DNA of 33,654 nt, taken from Chrysochromulina tobinii (taxonomy: Eukaryota). Both the position numbers and the translations under genes were made by a program. Shown here piece by piece: positions 29,175 to 33,654 of the stretch. The stretch lies in NCBI GenBank assembly GCA_001275005.1, contig JWZX01002254.1, positions 1 to 33,654 on the forward strand, in the 5' to 3' direction. Numbering within the stretch: the stretch's first letter is position 1; each line of letters starts with the position of its first letter. The notes beneath the pieces are model-generated. The model saw only the letters and a program-made list of their open reading frames with translations. It was not told the DNA's origin and made no database searches.

Positions 29175-32100
29175 ATGTTCAAAGAATTCGACAAGGACGG
29201 CGACGGGAATGTCACCGTTGGCGAGGTTTTTCAGGGCGTATTTACCAAGATATCTGACCTTTTTACCAAGGAGACGAGGGAAGAGTACAAGAAGCGCATA
29301 TTTCAGCGAGCGGCGAGTGCGCTCCGGCACTCGCAGGAGGTCAGGGCGTGGAGCACGTGGGTCGACTCTATGCGCCAGCGGGCTGAAAACATGCGCGTGA
29401 TACGGAAGTGCGTGCTCGGCTTCATGTTTGCCAAGCAGCGAGCGTGCATTGAGTGCTGGCACGACGAGGCGATGGCCCGTGGCGAGGCGAAGTTGCGCGC
29501 TCAGAAAGCCTTGGCGCGGTTTAAGCATAACAACGAGAGCCGCGCCATCAATCACTGGGTCTTCATCTACAGGGAGGACAAGGCCGCGCGCCAGCGGCTC
29601 AAGAGCCTGATGTCACGCGTCTCCCCCGAAGGGCAGGCGAAGTTGAAGGTGCTTGATATCTTGCGTGCGATGCACGCCAAAGCGCTGCTGTTCCGCAAGG
29701 CTGCGATGGCGCTCTTGAACAGCCAGCTGTTCCGAGCGTACAATGCGTGGCACGAGCTGGCGGAGGACAACAAGCGAACCGCGGAGAAGATTCGGCGGGT
29801 ACTCGTGCGCCTCGACCCGGTGTGCATGCTGATGGCCTCCTGATTACTCGTGCGCCTCGACCCGGTGTGCATGCTGATGACCTCCTGATGACCTCTGATG
29901 ACCTTTGATGACCTCTGATGACTCGTGCGCCTCGACCCGGTGTGCATGCTGATGACCTCCTGATGACCTCTGATGACCTTTGATGACCTCTGAGTACTCG
30001 TGCGCCTCGACCCGGTGTGCATGCTGATGGCCTCCTGATGGCCTTTGTGTGACCTCCGAGTGACCTCCGATGGCCTCTGAGTGACCTCCGATGGCCTCTG
30101 ACGGCCTCTGGTGACCTCTGACGGCCTCTTGATGACCTCTGAGTGCCCTCTGATGGCCTTTGATGGCCTCTGATGGCCTCTGAGTGCCCTCTGAGTGACC
30201 CTTGATGACACCTGATGACCTCTGGTGGCCTCTGGTGGCCTCTGGTGGCCTCTGGTGGCCTCTGATGGCCTCTGATGGCCTCCCACACCAGGTGATGCGG
30301 AGCATGCTCAAGGTGATCGAGCGGCTCAGCATGCACGCGCAGCAAGTACACCAGTTGGAGTTCGCCGCGCGCGCCCTGCTGAACGCGGCGCCGAAGCGGG
30401 CGTTCCTCACATGGGCGGGTAGGCGAGAGCAAGTGATCGCACAGCGGCGGGCGGTGGTTTGGCTCGCCGTGCAACGCGGCCATCGCGTGGGCACCTTGCA
30501 AGAGATGTTTGAGGAGATCCGCGAGATTTCGGCCGTTGATGACTTGCTGCAGGTGAGTGCTAATGACCTCTGATGACCTCTGATGACCTCTGATGACCTC
30601 TGATGACCTCTGATGACCTCTGATGACCTCTGATGACCTCTGATGACCTCTGATGACCTCTGATGACTTCGGCCGTTGACGACTTGCTGCAGATGACAGA
30701 CGAGCTCGGGATGACGCCGCTCCTCTGGGCGTCCAAACGGGGATTCGCTGACATTGTCGAGGTGCGCGCGCCGAGGTGGGGCCTTGAGATATGGGGTTTG
30801 CAGGCGCTTTACCCTCTCCCACCCTCTCCCCACATCTCCCCACATCTCCCCACATCTCCCCACATCTCCCCACATCTCCCCACATCTCCCCTGTCCTCAG
30901 GTCCTCTTGACCTTCGCCGGCGACGTGCAGGCCGTCATCAGCGCTCGCGATGCTGAGGGCTCCACGCCGCTGCACCACGCCGCCCGCCGCCACCACAACG
31001 ACATCGTCGCCATGCTGATCGAAGGTACGTTGATTGCATGCGGATGGCCTGCCTTGCATGCAAGTGCTCACCACAGCGCGGCGCCCTGCTGATCGAAGCC
31101 GGCGTCAACGTGCACCAACCCAACGACGATCAGTCGACCGCGCTGCACTGGGCGGCTCGCAAGAACAATGCGCTTGCCATCCGCATGCTGATTGCAGCTG
31201 GCGCGGACCCGCATTGCAAGAACAAGTGGGGGGCGACGGCTCTCGAGAATGCGCAGTTTGGGGACAATCTGGAGGCGGTCTGTCTGCTCGCGAGGGACGA
31301 GGCCACTCGCAAGCAGGCCGAGGAGGAGCTCCAGCTCCAGCGCAAGCTTCGGTGCGATTGATTGAGATTGAGATTGAGATTGAGATTGAGATTGAGATTG
31401 AGATTAAGTAGCAGGCCGATGAAGAGCTCCAGCGCCAGCGCCAGCTTCGGTGCGTCAACTGAGGGCCACCGAGTGCCACGGATGGCCACTGATGGCCACT
31501 GATGACCGCGGGTGATCACATGTAATTGCCGCTGATGAGCACTGATGAGCGCTGATGAGCGCTGAAGAGCAACCCATTGCGCCCCTCATCAGGCCGACAA
31601 GCTCGGAGCTCTGATGACCTCTGATGACCTCTGACGACGCGATTGATTGCCTCCCTCATCAGACCGACAAGCTCGGAGCTCTGATGACCTCTGATGACCT
31701 CTGACGACGCGATTGATTGCCTCCCTCATCAGGCCGACAAGCTCGGAGCTGGCCGCCAGGCTGAGTGAGGCCGCGGGCTACGCCATCGAGCAGCGTGAGA
31801 AGAATCGGATGCGCATTCGAGGGCTGCACGACGCACGGGCCGCCATGGATGCCGCGGCCCAGGAGCAGGCGCGTTGATTGCTCACTGATGGCTCACTGAT
31901 TGCTATTGATTGCTATTGATTGCTCTTGATTGCGGCCCAGGAGCAGGCGCGTTGATTGCTCACTGATGGCTCACTGATTGCTATTGATTGCTATTGATTG
32001 CGGCCCAGGAGCAGGCGCGTTGATTGCTCACTGATGGCTCACTGATTGCTATTGATTGCTATTGATTGCGGCCCAGGAGCAGGCGCGTTGATTGCTCACT

Positions 32101-32880
32101 GATGGCTCACTGATTGCTATTGATTGCTATTGATTGCGGCCCAGGAGCAGGCGCGTTGATTGCTCACTGATGACCACCTGCCTTGCATGCAAGTGCTCAC
32201 CTACAGCGCGTTCGGCTCTTGTGGAGCAGGCTCGAGCTCAGAAGCGACAGCGTCTCGCCTTCAGTGCCCTCGCAAAGGCGGTGCAGGCATCCTCGAAGGC
32301 TCCCGCCAGGGCTTCGGCTGCTGCCGCCAAGGGTTGGGGCGTCAGCGTCAGCCGTCCCGGGCGTATCGGCGGCGACAGCAGCAGCATTTGGCTCGCGTGC
32401 ACAGCTGAAGAGTTGTCCACACTCGAGCGCTGCGTGGCCGAAGCGGCTGCGGCCGTGGAGGAGGCAGGTGATTTTGCCATGCTCATGGTCCAAGAGCGCC
32501 TAGCTGAGGGACAGGCGCGATTGGAGCAGTTACGTTCGCTCGCCGCCTCCGCCGCCGCCGCCGGCGCCGGCACGCCGTATCCCTCCGAGGACACGTTTGA
32601 CGCCTCGGGGGGGGCGGGCACGCCCACGCCCACCTCCGAGGAGTTTGCCTCGCCGACGAAGCACGCTGCCTCGCCTTTTGAAAGCGAGTCGACGACTCCT
32701 TCCCCATCATCCCGCTCGCCCACCTCCCATCGCATGTCCCACCGGCACCAAGGTGGCGAAGGCACCAAGGAATCCCCCATGGAGCGCCAGCTGCGCAAGG
32801 CGAAGCTCGCGGGCAAGAAGAGGAGCGGCTCGCCACGTAAGTCCACCAGCAAGTCCACCAGCCCCAGCAAGTCGCGCTGA
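29175..32880 (+). CDS. EF-hand + Sfi1-like (centrin-binding-type) Trp repeats + ankyrin repeat protein, 7 exons, ~712 aa
   Basis: Predicted exons 29175-29819, 30292-30552, 30693-30761, 30901-31024, 31099-31351, 31733-31868, 32230-32880. The last intron is GC-AG and phases are consistent. EF loop DKDGDGNVTVGE; RAxxxW motifs, the first three Trp 33 aa apart; ankyrins GMTPLLWAS, GSTPLHHAA, QSTALHWAA, GATALENA. The 5' end is uncertain. Confidence 0.8.
29801..30029 (+). repeat. Four copies of the exon1-end/5' splice site (actcgtgcgcctcgacccg|gtgtgcatgctgatg) separated by TGATGACCTC units
   Basis: Copies start at 29801 (the real donor), 29846, 29921 and 29996. Confidence 0.9.
30561..30667 (+). repeat. 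Perfect intronic (TGATGACCTC)n array
   Basis: Nine exact units at 30571-30660, plus one variant and one partial flanking unit. Confidence 0.97.
30831..30890 (+). repeat. Intronic (CACATCTCCC)6 array
   Basis: Six exact 10-bp units directly before the acceptor ctgtcctcag (30900). Confidence 0.95.
31025..31098 (+). mobile_element. Family A introner-like intron (74 nt) with a 17-bp duplication (1 mismatch) supplying the acceptor AG
   Basis: gtacgttgattgcatgcggatggcctgccttgcatgcaagtgctcaccacagcgcgg + cgccctgctgatcgaag, versus the exon end cgccatgctgatcgaag. Removing it restores the ankyrin sequence MLIEAGVNVH. Confidence 0.65.
31361..31402 (+). repeat. (ATTGAG)7 intronic microsatellite
   Basis: Seven exact units shortly after the donor at 31352. 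Confidence 0.93.
31573..31750 (+). repeat. Three tandem acceptor cassettes, 70-bp period
   Basis: ccctcatcag|(g/a)ccgacaagctcggagct, with AGs ending at 31592, 31662 and 31732. Confidence 0.9.
31854..32229 (+). repeat. Five tandem copies of the exon-end + GC donor unit (68-78 bp period), ending in a family A core
   Basis: gcggcccaggagcag|gcgcgttgattgctcactgatg starts at 31854, 31932, 32000, 32068 and 32136. The last copy continues cctgccttgcatgcaagtgctcacctacagcgcg...ggagcag. Confidence 0.9.
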
Positions 32881-33398
32881 GCTGAGCGCGGCGGAAGCCG
32901 ACGCGGCGCACGGAGCGCTGCAGCACGGAGTGGAAGGAGAGAGGAAGAGGACAAGCGCCCTCAGTCAGTACACTCATGTGCTGAGAGCTGAGAGCTGCAT
33001 ACAAAAATGGGTGGGGATTCGATTCTGAGGTCGTCTGATTTCTGTTCAAGCCGGGTAGCAGGCTTTGTTGCATGACGCATGACCGCGCATGGACCCCTCT
33101 AGCTCATGACAAGCATGACCGCGCGCGCACGGCAGCAGGTGAGACCGAGGTCGGAGGCGGCACGGCAGAGAGCGAAGCGGGAGCGTGTTCGGGAGGCGTA
33201 TCGTACGGTCGATGGTATACGCCCTACTTTTTACCGAGGCGAGAGGGGTCCACTGGCGACTGTGCACTGGCGTCGCGTTGAGGACGTCAGTTGTGTCACA
33301 CCGCGGACACGGGTCACGGGACACCGCACGCGTCACGAGGTCGGTGGAGGGGATTCACTTCCCAGTTCCCTGCTCGGTTCCGGGATAGAACATTGAAC

Positions 33399-33440
33399 AT
33401 AGAATATAGCTCCGTAGAATATAGCTCCGTACAATATAGT
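33399..33440. repeat. 15-bp tandem repeat (TAGAATATAGCTCCG, ~2.7 copies) in an AT-richer terminal segment
   Basis: tagaatatagctccg tagaatatagctccg tacaatatag. Confidence 0.8.
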
Positions 33441-33654
33441 GATTAGTGTGTAAATCCAGAACGCAGAGGAATACTCCGATGAGTTCAGGTTGAAGACCAT
33501 CCCGGCCAGCCGCCTACTGGGCGGCGGGTCGGTGTATACACCCACACCCAGCCGCGTGTGTCCATCCTGTTGAATACCATACACTCTACGGGGTAGACCG
33601 TACCCGACTCACTACACGACTCCCTGTTACCGTATTAGGAAAGGACTCCCAGTA

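Noticed and set aside
30561..30667. CTGATGA in the arrays as a hammerhead ribozyme core or box C/D snoRNA
   Set aside because: There is no GAAA with helices II/III and no guide region or terminal stem; the motif arises simply from the repeat unit.
29567..31074. Long minus-strand ORFs rich in RGHQRSSEVI
   Set aside because: They are antisense translations of the (TGATGACCTC)n arrays, which have no stops on that strand.
31854..32172. 37-bp repeats with ~31-bp intervals as a CRISPR array
   Set aside because: The intervals are near-identical to each other, and the repeat is a copy of an exon end plus donor site.
33380..33654. LTR or other transposon end at the window terminus
   Set aside because: Only lower GC content and a 15-bp tandem repeat; no second LTR, PBS/PPT or coding evidence within the window.

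Overview
GC-rich eukaryotic nuclear DNA. Gene content, a GC-AG intron and introns filled with ~10-bp repeats suggest a haptophyte alga of the Chrysochromulina type (inference). I reconstructed about 12 genes by hand. Five are multi-exon, with 24 introns whose phases all close the reading frame: an ~1459-aa multi-EF-hand protein, an ~1000-aa fusion of two adenylate kinase domains, a Dpy-30/RIIa-like motif, a 5'-nucleotidase and EF-hands, an outer-dynein-arm docking-complex-like coiled-coil protein, an AP2-HTH-AP2 factor, and an EF-hand/Sfi1-like-repeat/ankyrin protein. The most striking signal is in the introns. About 18 of 24 contain a 7-45 bp copy of the adjacent exon end or start. Unrelated introns share two sequence modules: a ~55-nt 5' module GTACGTTGATTGC...TGCATGCAAGTGCTCACCACAGCGCG, and a 20-nt 3' module CTGATTGCNTCCCTCATCAG. 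They also share sense-oriented (TGATGACCTC)n-type arrays. The pattern suggests an introner-like intron-generating process, in which a short insert supplies one splice site and a long target-site-like duplication supplies the other. Repeated rounds leave tandem decoy splice sites. All exon structures are predictions without transcript data.
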